From the human T2T-CHM13v2.0 reference genome, Homo sapiens, in the NCBI RefSeq assembly GCF_009914755.1, contig NC_060948.1: a stretch of DNA of 64,000 bases; one strand, given 5' to 3'. The position numbers and the translations under genes are program-made. This document shows, piece by piece, positions 1 to 14,376 of this stretch; position 1 is the first letter of the stretch; each line of letters opens with the position of its first letter. The notes under the pieces were generated by a model. That model worked only from the letters and a program-made list of their open reading frames with translations, ran no database searches and was not told the DNA's origin.

Positions 1-1205
1 AAGGGATTGGAATGGACTCGAATGGAATGGACTGCAATAGAAAGGATTCGAATGGAATGAAAAAGAATTGAATGGAATAGAACAGATTGGAATCAAATCG
101 AATGAAATGGAATGGAATAGAAAGGAATGGAATGAAATGGAATGGAAAGGATTCGAATGGAATGCAATCGAATGGAATGGAATCGAACGGAATGGAATAA
201 AATGGAAGAAAACTGGCAAGAAATGGAATCGAAATGAATGGAGTGTTATGGAACGGACTCAAAAGGAATTGAATGTAATAGAATGGAATGGAGTGGACTC
301 GAATATAATGGACTGGAATGGAATGAAATCACATGGAATGGGAACGAATGGAATGGAATGGAAAGGAATGGAATCGAATGGAAAGGAATCGAATAGAAGG
401 GAATGAAATTGAATCAACAGGAATGGAAGGGAATAGAATAGACGGTAATGGAATGGACTCGAATAGAATGGACACGAATTCTCAAATTGAATGGACACGA
501 ATGGAATGGAAACGAAAGGAATGTCATCGAATGGAATTGAATCGATTGGAATGAAATCGCATAGAATGGAGTGGAATCAAATGGAATTGAATCGAAAGGA
601 AAGGAAGCGAATGGACTGAAATGAAATGGAATGGAATTGAATGGAAAGTAATGCAATGGAATAGAATGGAACGAAATTTCACGGAATGGAATCAAACTGA
701 ATGGAATCAAATCAATGGAATCAAATCAAATGGAATGGAAAGGAATTGAATGGAGTAGATTGGATTGGATGGGATTGGAATGAAATGTACTGGAAAGGAC
801 TCGAATTTCATGAAACGGAATGGAATGAATTGGAACGGAATGGACTCGAATGGAATGGAATGTCATGGAATGGCATCAAATGGAATGGCATCAAATGGAA
901 TGGAATCGAATGCAATGGAATGCTATGGAATGGAATGGAATGCATTGGAATGGAATGTCCTCTAATGGAATGGATTCGAGTGGAATGGAATCGAATATAA
1001 TGGAGTCGAATGAAATGGAATTGAAAGGAATGGGATCGAATAGAATGGAATATACTGGAATGTAATGTAATGAACTCGAATGTAATTGACTGGAATGGAA
1101 TGTACATGAATGGAATGTAATCGAATGGAAAGTAATCCAATGGAATAGAATCTAATGCAATAAAATCGACTCAGATAGAGTAGAATGTAATGGAATGGAG
1201 TGCAG

Positions 1206-1300
1206 TGCAATGGAATGGAATGGAATGGAATGCAATGGAATGGAATGGAATGGAATGGAATGGAATGGAATGGAATGGAATGGGATGGGATGGAATGGTA
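1206..1300 (+). repeat. Near-pure (GGAAT)n tract of variable length; unit-1 instance, with a homologous tract in every unit
   Basis: Pure run between the last GCAAT and the first GGGAT: 9 copies in U1, 10 in U2, 11 in U4, 7 in U7, 5 in U13. Confidence 0.85.
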
Positions 1301-2026
1301 TGGAATGGATAGTAATGAACTGGAGTGAAATGGACTGGAAAGGAATGGAGTCAAATTGAAAGGGCTCGAAAGGAATGGAGTCAAATGGAATAGTCTGGAA
1401 TGGAATGAACACGAATGTAATGCAATCCAATAGAATGGAATCGAATGGCATGGAATATAAAGAAATGGAATCGAAGAGAATGGAAACAAATGGAATGGAA
1501 TTGAATGGAATGGAATTGAATGGAATGGGAACGAATTGAGTGAAATTGTATGCAGTAGAAGGGAATAGAATGGAATGCAAGCGAAAGGAAAGGAATGGAT
1601 TGGAATGGAATGGAATTCATTGGAATGGAAGGGAATGTAGTGTAATGGACAGGCCTGGAATAAAGTGGAATGCTACGGTCTCGAACGGAATAAAAATGTA
1701 TGGAATGGAATGCAATGAAACGGAATCGAATGTCATAGAATGTAATGGAATGCAAAAAAATGGAATCCAAAATCATTGACTGGAAAGGCTGGGTGTCGAA
1801 AGGAATTGACTCCAATGGAATGGAATCGAATGGAATGGAAGTGAATAGAATCGAACTAAATCGAATGGAATGGAATTGATAGGAACGGAATGGAAAGGAA
1901 TGCAATGATTTGGCATGGAATGGAATCGAATGGCATCGAATGGAATGGAATGGAATGCAATGGAATGGAATGTATTAGAATGTAATGAACTTTAATGGAA
2001 TGTACTCGAATGGATTCGACTGGAAT

Positions 2027-2041
2027 GGAATGTTCTGGAAG
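2027..2041. promoter_or_regulatory. Perfect-consensus heat-shock element motif (nGAAnnTTCnnGAAn), site 1 of 3 per unit
   Basis: gGAAtgTTCtgGAAg. The motif match is direct; function is inferred. Confidence 0.5.
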
Positions 2042-2306
2042 TGAATGGACTCCAATGGAATGGATTCAAAAGGAATGGAATCGTACGGAATGGAATCTAA
2101 TGGAATGGAATTAAATGGAAATGAATCAAATTGAATAGCACGGAATTGAATTGAATGGAATGGAATGCAATGGAATCTAATGAAACGGAAAGGAAAGGAA
2201 TGGAATGGAATGGAATGGGCTGGAATGGAAAGGAATCGAAACGAATGGAATGGAATCGAACTGAAGAGACTGGAATGGAATGCACTGGAATGGAAGGGAG
2301 TGTAAT

Positions 2307-2321
2307 GGAAGGTTCTCGAAA
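2307..2321. promoter_or_regulatory. Perfect-consensus heat-shock element motif, site 2 of 3 per unit
   Basis: gGAAggTTCtcGAAa. The motif match is direct; function is inferred. Confidence 0.5.
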
Positions 2322-3342
2322 AAAATGGAATCGAATGGAATGGAATTGAATGGAACGGAATAGAGTCGAATGGAATTGAATGGAATGGAATGGACTAGAG
2401 TGAAATGGAATCGAACCACAAGGAATGGACAGGAATAGAATGGTCTCGAATTGAATGGAATCGTATGGAATGGCATCAAACGGAATGGAATGGACAGCCA
2501 CGGAATGGAATGCACTCGAATGCAATGGAGTCGAAACTAATGGACTGGAATAGAATGGACTCGACTGGTACGGACTCCAATGGAATGGAATCGAATGGAA
2601 GGGAATCGATCGGAATGGACTCGAAGGGAAAAGACTGCAATGGAAAGGTCTCGAATGGAATGGAAATTAATGGAATGGAATGGAATCGAATGAAATGGAG
2701 TCAAAAGGAATGGAATCGAATGGCAAGAAATCGAATGTAATGGAATCGCAAGGAATTGATGTGAACGGAACGGAATGGAATGGAATCCAAAGGAATGGAA
2801 TAGAATGGAATGGAATCGAATGGAAAGGACTCGAATGGAAATCACTCGAATAGAATGCAATTTAATAAAATAGGATCAAATGTAATGGAATGGAATGGAA
2901 AGGAATCGAAACGAAAGGAATGGAGACAGATGGAATGGAATGGAACAGAGAGCAATGGTATAGAATGGAATGGAATCATCTGGAATGGAATTGAATGGAA
3001 TGGAATAATATGAAATGGAATGGAATGGAATGGAATGGAATGGAATGGAATGCCCTTGAATTAAATGGACTGGAATGGAATGGACTCGAACAGAGTGGAA
3101 TGGAAAGTTTTGAGATAGAATGGAATGGACTCCTTTGGAATGGTGTAGTATGCAATGCAATCGACTGGCAGGGAATCAAAAGGAATGTAATCGAATGGAT
3201 TGGACTGGAATGCAATGGACTCGAATAGATTGGAAACGGAATGCAAAGGAATGGAATGGAATAGTATGGAATGGAATGGAAAGGAATGGAGTGGAATAGA
3301 CTAGAGTGGAATGGAATGGACTGGAAAGCAATGGACTGGAAT

Positions 3343-3357
3343 GGAACTTTCTTGAAT
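3343..3357. promoter_or_regulatory. Perfect-consensus heat-shock element motif, site 3 of 3 per unit
   Basis: gGAActTTCttGAAt. The motif match is direct; function is inferred. Confidence 0.5.
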
Positions 3358-3584
3358 GGACTGGAATCAAACGGAATGGAATGCAATGCAATCAAATGGC
3401 ATGGAATAAAATAGAATGAAAGAGAATCAAATGGAATTGAATCGAATGGAATCGAATGGATTGGAAATGATTAGAATTGAATGGAATGGTATTGACTCAA
3501 ATGGAATGGACTAGAATGGAATGGATTCGAATGGAAGGCAAAGGAATGGAATCTATTGGAATGGATTGTAATGGAATGGAATGG

Positions 3585-6500
3585 AAGGGATTGGAATGGA
3601 CTCGAATGGAATGGACTGCAATAGAAAGGATTCGAATGGAATGAAAAAGAATTGAATGGAATAGAACAGAATGGAATCAAATCGAATGAAATGGAATGGA
3701 ATAGAAAGGAATGGAATGAAATGGAATGGAAAGGATTCGAATGGAATGCAATCGAATGGAATGGAATCGAACGGAATGGAATAAAATGGAAGAAAACTGG
3801 CAAGAAATGGAATCGAAATGAATGGAGTGTTATGGAACGGACTCAAAAGGAATTGAATGTAATAGAATGGAGTGGAGTGGACTCGAATATAATGGACTGG
3901 AATGGAATGAAATCACATGGAATGGGAACGAATGGAATGGAATGGAAAGGAATGGTATCGAATGGAAAGGAATCGAATGGAAGGGAATGAAATTGAATCA
4001 ACAGGAATGGAAGGGAATAGAATAGACGGTAATGGAATGGACTCGAATAGAATGGACACGAATGCTCAAATTGAATGGACTCGAATGGAATGGAAACGAA
4101 AGGAATGTCATCGAATGGAATTGAATCGATTGGAATGAAATCGCATAGAATGGAGTGGAATCAAATGGAATTGAATCGAAAGGAAAGGAAGCGAATGGAC
4201 TGAAATGAAATGGAATGGAATTGAATGGAAAGTAATGCAATGGAATAGAATGGAACGAAATTTCACGGAATGGAATCAAACTGAATGGAATCAAATCAAT
4301 GGAATCAAATCAAATGGAATGGAAAGGAATTGAATGGAGTAGATTGGATTGGATGGGATTGGAATGAAATGTACTGGAAAGGACTCGAATTTCATGAAAC
4401 GGAATGGAATGAATTGGAACGGAATGGACTCGAATGGAATGGAATGTCATGGAATGGCATCAAATGGAATGGCATCAAATGGAATGGAATCGAATGCAAT
4501 GGAATGCTATGGAATGGAATGGAATGCATTGGAATGGAATGTCCTCTAATGGAATGGATTCGAGTGGAATGGAATCTAATATAATGGAGTCGAATGAAAT
4601 GGAATTGAAAGGAGTGGGATCGAATACAATGGAATATACTGGAATGTAATGTAATGAACTCGAATGTAATTGACTGGAATGGAATGTACATGAATGGAAT
4701 GTAATCGAATGGAAAGTAATCCAATGGAATAGAATCTAATGCAATAAAACCGACTCAGATAGAGTAGAATGTAATGGAATGGAGTGCAGTGCAATGGAAT
4801 GGAATGGAATGGAATGCAATGCAATGGAATGGAATGGAATGGAATGGAATGGAATGGAATGGAATGGAATGGAATGGGATGGAATGGGATGGGATGGAAT
4901 GGTATGGAATGGATAGTAATGGACTGGAGTGAAATGGACTGGAAAGGAATGGACTCAAATTGAAAGGGCTCGAAAGGAATGGAGTCAAATGGAATGGTCT
5001 GGAATGGAATGAACACGAATGTAATGCAATCCAATAGAATGGAATCGAATGGCATGGAATATAAAGAAATGGAATCGAAGAGAATGGAAACAAATGGAAT
5101 GGAATTGAATGGAATGGAATTGAATGGAATGGGAACGAATGGAGTGAAATTGTATGCAGTAGAAGGGAATAGAATGGAATGCAAGCGAAAGGAAAGGAAT
5201 GGATTGGAATGGAATGGAATTCATTGGAATGGAAGGGAATGTAGTGTAATGGACAGGCCTGGAATAAAGTGGAATGCTACGGTCTCGAATGGAATAAAAA
5301 TGTATGGAATGGAATGCAATGAAACGGAATCGAATGTCATAGAATGTAATGGAATGCAAAAAAATGGAATCCAAAATCATTGACTGGAAAGGCTGGGTGT
5401 CGAAAGGAATTGACTCCAATGGAATGGAATCGAATGGAATGGAAGTGAATAGAATCGAACTAAATCGAATGGAATGGAATTGATAGGAACGGAATGGAAA
5501 GGAATGCAATGATTTGGCATGGAATGGAATCGAATGGCATCGAATGGAATGGAATGGAATGCAATGGAATGGAATGTATTAGAATGTAATGAACTTTAAT
5601 GGAATGTACTCGAATGGATTCGACTGGAATGGAATGTTCTGGAAGTGAATGGACTCCAATGGAATGGATTCAAAAGGAATGGAATCGTACGGAATGGAAT
5701 CTAATGGAATGGAATTAAATGGAAATGAATCAAATTGAATAGCACGGAATTGAATTGAATGGAATGGAATGCAATGGAATCTAATGAAACGGAAAGGAAA
5801 GGAATGGAATGGAATGGAATGGGCTGGAATGGAAAGGAATCGAAACGAATGGAATGGAATCGAACTGAAGAGACTGGAATGGAATGCACTGGAATGGAAG
5901 GGAGTGTAATGGAAGGTTCTCGAAAAAAATGGAATCGAATGGAATGGAATTGAATGGAACGGAATAGAGTCGAATGGAATTGAATGGAATGGAATGGACT
6001 AGAGTGAAATGGAATCGAACCACAAGGAATGGACAGGAATAGAATGGTCTCGAATTGAATGGAATCGTATGGAATGGCATCAAACGGAATGGAATGGACA
6101 GCCACGGAATGGAATGCACTCGAATGCAATGGAGTCGAAACTAATGGACTGGAATAGAATGGACTCGACTGGTACGGACTCCAATGGAATGGAATCGAAT
6201 GGAAGGGAATCGATCGGAATGGACTCGAAGGGAAAAGACTGCAATGGAAAGGTCTCGAATGGAATGGAAATTAATGGAATGGAATGGAATCGAATGAAAT
6301 GGAGTCAAAAGGAATGGAATCGAATGGCAAGAAATCGAATGTAATGGAATCGCAAGGAATTGATGTGAACGGAACGGAATGGAATGGAATCCAAAGGAAT
6401 GGAATAGAATGGAATGGAATCGAATGGAAAGGACTCGAATGGAAATCACTCGAATAGAATGCAATTTAATAAAATAGGATCAAATGTAATGGAATGGAAT

Positions 6501-7188
6501 GGAAAGGAATCGAAACGAAAGGAATGGAGACAGATGGAATGGAATGGAACAGAGAGCAATGGTATAGAATGGAATGGAATCATCTGGAATGGAATTGAAT
6601 GGAATGGAATAATATGAAATGGAATGGAATGGAATGGAATGGAATGGAATGGAATGCCCTTGAATTAAATGGACTGGAATGGAATGGACTCGAACAGAGT
6701 GGAATGGAAAGTTTTGAGATAGAATGGAATGGACTCCTTTGGAATGGTGTAGTATGCAATGCAATCGACTGGCAGGGAATCAAAAGGAATGTAATCGAAT
6801 GGATTGGACTGGAATGCAATGGACTCGAATAGATTGGAAACGGAATGCAAAGGAATGGAATGGAATAGTATGGAATGGAATGGAAAGGAATGGAGTGGAA
6901 TAGACTAGAGTGGAATGGAATGGACTGGAAAGCAATGGACTGGAATGGAACTTTCTTGAATGGACTGGAATCAAACGGAATGGAATGCAATGCAATCAAA
7001 TGGCATGGAATAAAATAGAATGAAAGAGAATCAAATGGAATTGAATCGAATGGAATCGAATGGATTGGAAATGATTAGAATTGAATGGAATGGTATTGAC
7101 TCAAATGGAATGGACTAGAATGGAATGGATTCGAATGGAAGGCAAAGGAATGGAATCTATTGGAATGGATTGTAATGGAATGGAATGG
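3585..7188 (+). repeat. Macro-unit U2 (3604 bp)
   Basis: Landmark spacing; ORF-track pattern repeats with offset 3604. Confidence 0.93.
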
Positions 7189-10100
7189 AAGGGATTGGAA
7201 TGGACTCGAATGGAATGGACTGCAATAGAAAGGATTCGAATGGAATGAAAAAGAATTGAATGGAATAGAACAGAATGGAATCAAATCGAATGAAATGGAA
7301 TGGAATAGAAAGGAATGGAATGAAATGGAATGGAAAGGATTCGAATGGAATGCAATCGAATGGAATGGAATCGAACGGAATGGAATAAAATGGAAGAAAA
7401 CTGGCAAGAAATGGAATCGAAATGAATGGAGTGTTATGGAACGGACTCAAAAGGAATTGAATGTAATAGAATGGAGTGGAGTGGACTCGAATATAATGGA
7501 CTGGAATGGAATGAAATCACATGGAATGGGAACGAATGGAATGGAATGGAAAGGAATGGTATCGAATGGAAAGGAATCGAATGGAAGGGAATGAAATTGA
7601 ATCAACAGGAATGGAAGGGAATAGAATAGACGGTAATGGAATGGACTCGAATAGAATGGACACGAATGCTCAAATTGAATGGACTCGAATGGAATGGAAA
7701 CGAAAGGAATGTCATCGAATGGAATTGAATCGATTGGAATGAAATCGCATAGAATGGAGTGGAATCAAATGGAATTGAATCGAAAGGAAAGGAAGCGAAT
7801 GGACTGAAATGAAATGGAATGGAATTGAATGGAAAGTAATGCAATGGAATAGAATGGAACGAAATTTCACGGAATGGAATCAAACTGAATGGAATCAAAT
7901 CAATGGAATCAAATCAAATGGAATGGAAAGGAATTGAATGGAGTAGATTGGATTGGATGGGATTGGAATGAAATGTACTGGAAAGGACTCGAATTTCATG
8001 AAACGGAATGGAATGAATTGGAACGGAATGGACTCGAATGGAATGGAATGTCATGGAATGGCATCAAATGGAATGGCATCAAATGGAATGGAATCGAATG
8101 CAATGGAATGCTATGGAATGGAATGGAATGCATTGGAATGGAATGTCCTCTAATGGAATGGATTCGAGTGGAATGGAATCTAATATAATGGAGTCGAATG
8201 AAATGGAATTGAAAGGAGTGGGATCGAATACAATGGAATATACTGGAATGTAATGTAATGAACTCGAATGTAATTGACTGGAATGGAATGTACATGAATG
8301 GAATGTAATCGAATGGAAAGTAATCCAATGGAATAGAATCTAATGCAATAAAACCGACTCAGATAGAGTAGAATGTAATGGAATGGAGTGCAGTGCAATG
8401 GAATGGAATGGAATGGAATGCAATGCAATGGAATGGAATGGAATGGAATGGAATGGAATGGAATGGAATGGAATGGAATGGGATGGAATGGGATGGGATG
8501 GAATGGTATGGAATGGATAGTAATGGACTGGAGTGAAATGGACTGGAAAGGAATGGACTCAAATTGAAAGGGCTCGAAAGGAATGGAGTCAAATGGAATG
8601 GTCTGGAATGGAATGAACACGAATGTAATGCAATCCAATAGAATGGAATCGAATGGCATGGAATATAAAGAAATGGAATCGAAGAGAATGGAAACAAATG
8701 GAATGGAATTGAATGGAATGGAATTGAATGGAATGGGAACGAATGGAGTGAAATTGTATGCAGTAGAAGGGAATAGAATGGAATGCAAGCGAAAGGAAAG
8801 GAATGGATTGGAATGGAATGGAATTCATTGGAATGGAAGGGAATGTAGTGTAATGGACAGGCCTGGAATAAAGTGGAATGCTACGGTCTCGAATGGAATA
8901 AAAATGTATGGAATGGAATGCAATGAAACGGAATCGAATGTCATAGAATGTAATGGAATGCAAAAAAATGGAATCCAAAATCATTGACTGGAAAGGCTGG
9001 GTGTCGAAAGGAATTGACTCCAATGGAATGGAATCGAATGGAATGGAAGTGAATAGAATCGAACTAAATCGAATGGAATGGAATTGATAGGAACGGAATG
9101 GAAAGGAATGCAATGATTTGGCATGGAATGGAATCGAATGGCATCGAATGGAATGGAATGGAATGCAATGGAATGGAATGTATTAGAATGTAATGAACTT
9201 TAATGGAATGTACTCGAATGGATTCGACTGGAATGGAATGTTCTGGAAGTGAATGGACTCCAATGGAATGGATTCAAAAGGAATGGAATCGTACGGAATG
9301 GAATCTAATGGAATGGAATTAAATGGAAATGAATCAAATTGAATAGCACGGAATTGAATTGAATGGAATGGAATGCAATGGAATCTAATGAAACGGAAAG
9401 GAAAGGAATGGAATGGAATGGAATGGGCTGGAATGGAAAGGAATCGAAACGAATGGAATGGAATCGAAGTGAAGAGACTGGAATGGAATGCACTGGAATG
9501 GAAGGGAGTGTAATGGAAGGTTCTCGAAAAAAATGGAATCGAATGGAATGGAATTGAATGGAACGGAATAGAGTCGAATGGAATTGAATGGAATGGAATG
9601 GACTAGAGTGAAATGGAATCGAACCACAAGGAATGGACAGGAATAGAATGGTCTCGAATTGAATGGAATCGTATGGAATGGCATCAAACGGAATGGAATG
9701 GACAGCCACGGAATGGAATGCACTCGAATGCAATGGAGTCGAAACTAATGGACTGGAATAGAATGGACTCGACTGGTACGGACTCCAATGGAATGGAATC
9801 GAATGGAAGGGAATCGATCGGAATGGACTCGAAGGGAAAAGACTGCAATGGAAAGGTCTCGAATGGAATGGAAATTAATGGAATGGAATGGAATCGAATG
9901 AAATGGAGTCAAAAGGAATGGAATCGAATGGCAAGAAATCGAATGTAATGGAATCGCAAGGAATTGATGTGAACGGAACGGAATGGAATGGAATCCAAAG
10001 GAATGGAATAGAATGGAATGGAATCGAATGGAAAGGACTCGAATGGAAATCACTCGAATAGAATGCAATTTAATAAAATAGGATCAAATGTAATGGAATG

Positions 10101-10787
10101 GAATGGAAAGGAATCGAAACGAAAGGAATGGAGACAGATGGAATGGAATGGAACAGAGAGCAATGGTATAGAATGGAATGGAATCATCTGGAATGGAATT
10201 GAATGGAATGGAATAATATGAAATGGAATGGAATGGAATGGAATGGAATGGAATGCCCTTGAATTAAATGGACTGGAATGGAATGGACTCGAACAGAGTG
10301 GAATGGAAAGTTTTGAGATAGAATGGAATGGACTCCTTTGGAATGGTGTAGTATGCAATGCAATCGACTGGCAGGGAATCAAAAGGAATGTAATCGAATG
10401 GATTGGACTGGAATGCAATGGACTCGAATAGATTGGAAACGGAATGCAAAGGAATGGAATGGAATAGTATGGAATGGAATGGAAAGGAATGGAGTGGAAT
10501 AGACTAGAGTGGAATGGAATGGACTGGAAAGCAATGGACTGGAATGGAACTTTCTTGAATGGACTGGAATCAAACGGAATGGAATGCAATGCAATCAAAT
10601 GGCATGGAATAAAATAGAATGAAAGAGAATCAAATGGAATTGAATCGAATGGAATCGAATGGATTGGAAAGGATTAGAATTGAATGGAATGGTATTGACT
10701 CAAATGGAATGGACTAGAATGGAATGGATTCGAATGGAAGGCAAAGGAATGGAATCTATTGGAATGGATTGTAATGGAATGGAATGG
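7189..10787 (+). repeat. Macro-unit U3 (3599 bp)
   Basis: Landmark spacing; first part appears identical to U2. Confidence 0.93.
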
Positions 10788-13700
10788 AAGGGATTGGAAT
10801 GGACTCGAATGGAATGGACTGCAATAGAAAGGATTCGAATGGAATGAAAAAGAATTGAATGGAATAGAACAGAATGGAATCAAATCGAATGAAATGGAAT
10901 GGAATAGAAAGGAATGGAATGAAATGGAATGGAAAGGATTCGAATGGAATGCAATCGAATGGAATGGAATCGAACGGAATGGAATAAAATGGAAGAAAAC
11001 TGGCAAGAAATGGAATCGAAATGAATGGAGTGTTATGGAACGGACTCAAAAGGAATTGAATGTAATAGAATGGAGTGGAGTGGACTCGAATATAATGGAC
11101 TGGAATGGAATGAAATCACATGGAATGGGAACGAATGGAATGGAATGGAAAGGAATGGTATCGAATGGAAAGGAATCGAATGGAAGGGAATGAAATTGAA
11201 TCAACAGGAATGGAAGGGAATAGAATAGACGGTAATGGAATGGACTCGAATAGAATGGACACGAATGCTCAAATTGAATGGACTCGAATGGAATGGAAAC
11301 GAAAGGAATGTCATCGAATGGAATTGAATCGATTGGAATGAAATCGCATAGAATGGAGTGGAATCAAATGGAATTGAATCGAAAGGAAAGGAAGCGAATG
11401 GACTGAAATGAAATGGAATGGAATTGAATGGAAAGTAATGCAATGGAATAGAATGGAACGAAATTTCACGGAATGGAATCAAACTGAATGGAATCAAATC
11501 AATGGAATCAAATCAAATGGAATGGAAAGGAATTGAATGGAGTAGATTGGATTGGATGGGATTGGAATGAAATGTACTGGAAAGGACTCGAATTTCATGA
11601 AACGGAATGGAATGAATTGGAACGGAATGGACTCGAATGGAATGGAATGTCATGGAATGGCATCAAATGGAATGGCATCAAATGGAATGGAATCGAATGC
11701 AATGGAATGCTATGGAATGGAATGGAATGCATTGGAATGGAATGTCCTCTAATGGAATGGATTCGAGTGGAATGGAATCTAATATAATGGAGTCGAATGA
11801 AATGGAATTGAAAGGAGTGGGATCGAATACAATGGAATATACTGGAATGTAATGTAATGAACTCGAATGTAATTGACTGGAATGGAATGTACATGAATGG
11901 AATGTAATCGAATGGAAAGTAATCCAATGGAATAGAATCTAATGCAATAAAACCGACTCAGATAGAGTAGAATGTAATGGAAAGGAGTGCAGTGCAATGG
12001 AATGGAATGGAATGGAATGCAATGCAATGGAATGGAATGGAATGGAATGGAATGGAATGGAATGGAATGGAATGGAATGGAATGGGATGGAATGGGATGG
12101 GATGGAATGGTATGGAATGGATAGTAATGGACTGGAGTGAAATGGACTGGAAAGGAATGGACTCAAATTGAAAGGGCTCGAAAGGAATGGAGTCAAATGG
12201 AATGGTCTGGAATGGAATGAACACGAATGTAATGCAATCCAATAGAATGGAATCGAATGGCATGGAATATAAAGAAATGGAATCGAAGAGAATGGAAACA
12301 AATGGAATGGAATTGAATGGAATGGAATTGAATGGAATGGGAACGAATGGAGTGAAATTGTATGCAGTAGAAGGGAATAGAATGGAATGCAAGCGAAAGG
12401 AAAGGAATGGATTGGAATGGAATGGAATTCATTGGAATGGAAGGGAATGTAGTGTAATGGACAGGCCTGGAATAAAGTGGAATGCTACGGTCTCGAATGG
12501 AATAAAAATGTATGGAATGGAATGCAATGAAACGGAATCGAATGTCATAGAATGTAATGGAATGCAAAAAAATGGAATCCAAAATCATTGACTGGAAAGG
12601 CTGGGTGTCGAAAGGAATTGACTCCAATGGAATGGAATCAAATGGAATGGAAGTGAACAGAATCGAACTAAATCGAATGGAATGGAATTGATAGGAACGG
12701 AATGGAAAGGAATGCAATGATTTGGCATGGAATGGAATCGAATGGCATCGAATGGAATGGAATGGAATGCAATGGAATGGAATGTATTAGAATGTAATGA
12801 ACTTTAATGGAATGTACTCGAATGGATTCGACTGGAATGGAATGTTCTGGAAGTGAATGGACTCCAATGGAATGGATTCAAAAGCAATGGAATCGTACGG
12901 AATGGAATCTAATGGAATGGAATTAAATGGAAATGAATCAAATTGAACAGCACGGAATTGAATTGAATGGAATGGAATGCAATGGAATCTAATGAAACGG
13001 AAAGGAAAGGAATGGAATGGAATGGAATGGGCTGGAATGGAAAGGAATCGAAACGAATGGAATGGAATCGAAGTGAAGAGACTGGAATGGAAGGGAGTGT
13101 AATGGAAGGTTCTCGAAAAAAATGGAATCGAATGGAATGGAATTGAATGGAACGGAATAGAGTCGAATGGAATTGAATGGAATGGAATGGACTAGAGTGA
13201 AATGGAATCGAACCACAAGGAATGGACAGGAATAGAATGGTCTCGAATTGAATGGAATCGTATGGAATGGCATCAAACGGAATGGAATGGACAGCCACGG
13301 AATGGAATGCACTCGAATGCAATGGAGTCGAAACTAATGGACTGGAATAGAATGGACTCGACTGGTACGGACTCCAATGGAATGGAATCGAATGGAAGGG
13401 AATCGAACGGAATGGACTCGAAGGGAAAAGACTGCAATGGAAAGGTCTCGAATGGAATGGAAATTAATGGAATGGAATGGAATCGAATGAAATGGAGTCA
13501 AAAGGAATGGAATCGAATGGCAAGAAATCGAATGTAATGGAATCGCAAGGAATTGATGTGAACGGAATGGAATGGAATGGAATCCAAAGGAATGGAATAG
13601 AATGGAATGGAATCGAATGGAAAGGACTCGAATGGAAATCACTCGAATAGAATGCAATTTAATAAAATAGGATCAAATGTAATGGAATGGAATGGAAAGG

Positions 13701-14376
13701 AATCGAAACGAAAGGAATGGAGACAGATGGAATGGAATGGAACAGAGAGCAATGGTATAGAATGGAATGGAATCATCTGGAATGGAATTGAATGGAATGG
13801 AATAATATGAAATGGAATGGAATGGAATGGAATGGAATGGAATGCCCTTGAATTAAATGGACTGGAATGGAATGGACTCGAACAGAGTGGAATGGAAAGT
13901 TTTGAGATAGAATGGAATGGACTCCTTTGGAATGGTGTAGTATGCAATGCAATCGACTGGCAGGGAATCAAAAGGAATGTAATCGAATGGATTGGACTGG
14001 AATGCAATGGACTCGAATAGATTGGAAACGGAATGCAAAGGAATGGAATGGAATAGTATGGAATGGAATGGAAAGGAATGGAGTGGAATAGACTAGAGTG
14101 GAATGGAATGGACTGGAAAGCAATGGACTGGAATGGAACTTTCTTGAATGGACTGGAATCAAACGGAATGGAATGCAATGCAATCAAACGGCATGGAATA
14201 AAATAGAATGAAAGAGAATCAAATGGAATTGAATCGAATGGAATCGAATGGATTGGAAAGGAATAGAATGGAATGGAATGGAATTGACTCAAATGGAATG
14301 GACTAGAATGGAATGGATTCGAATGGAAGGCAAAGGAATGGAATCTTTTGGAATGGACTGTAATGGAATGGAATGG
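10788..14376 (+). repeat. Macro-unit U4 (3589 bp), with 15-bp deletion near 13085
   Basis: Landmark spacing. Reads GAGACTGGAATGGAAGGGAG instead of GAGACTGGAATGGAATGCACTGGAATGGAAGGGAG. Confidence 0.93.

Larger units (their letters stand above)
1..3584 (+). repeat. Macro-unit U1 (3584 bp); unit start arbitrarily set at AAGGGATTGG
   Basis: The landmark recurs at 3585. The first half carries rare variants shared with U6, including an extra EcoRI site at 476. Confidence 0.93.

Noticed and set aside
1133-1142. TAATCCAATG resembling a DUX4 or homeodomain site
   Set aside because: It is an incomplete match to TAAYBBAATCA. The DUX4 association is known mainly for HSATII, and this array lacks the HSat2 CATTCGATTC dominance.
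196-3410. Multiple AATAAA hexamers per unit and the AT-rich TTTAATAAAATAG patch (~2861)
   Set aside because: AATAAA arises easily from GGAAT followed by AAAAT. There is no convincing downstream GU/U-rich element or promoter context, and no transcript evidence from sequence alone.
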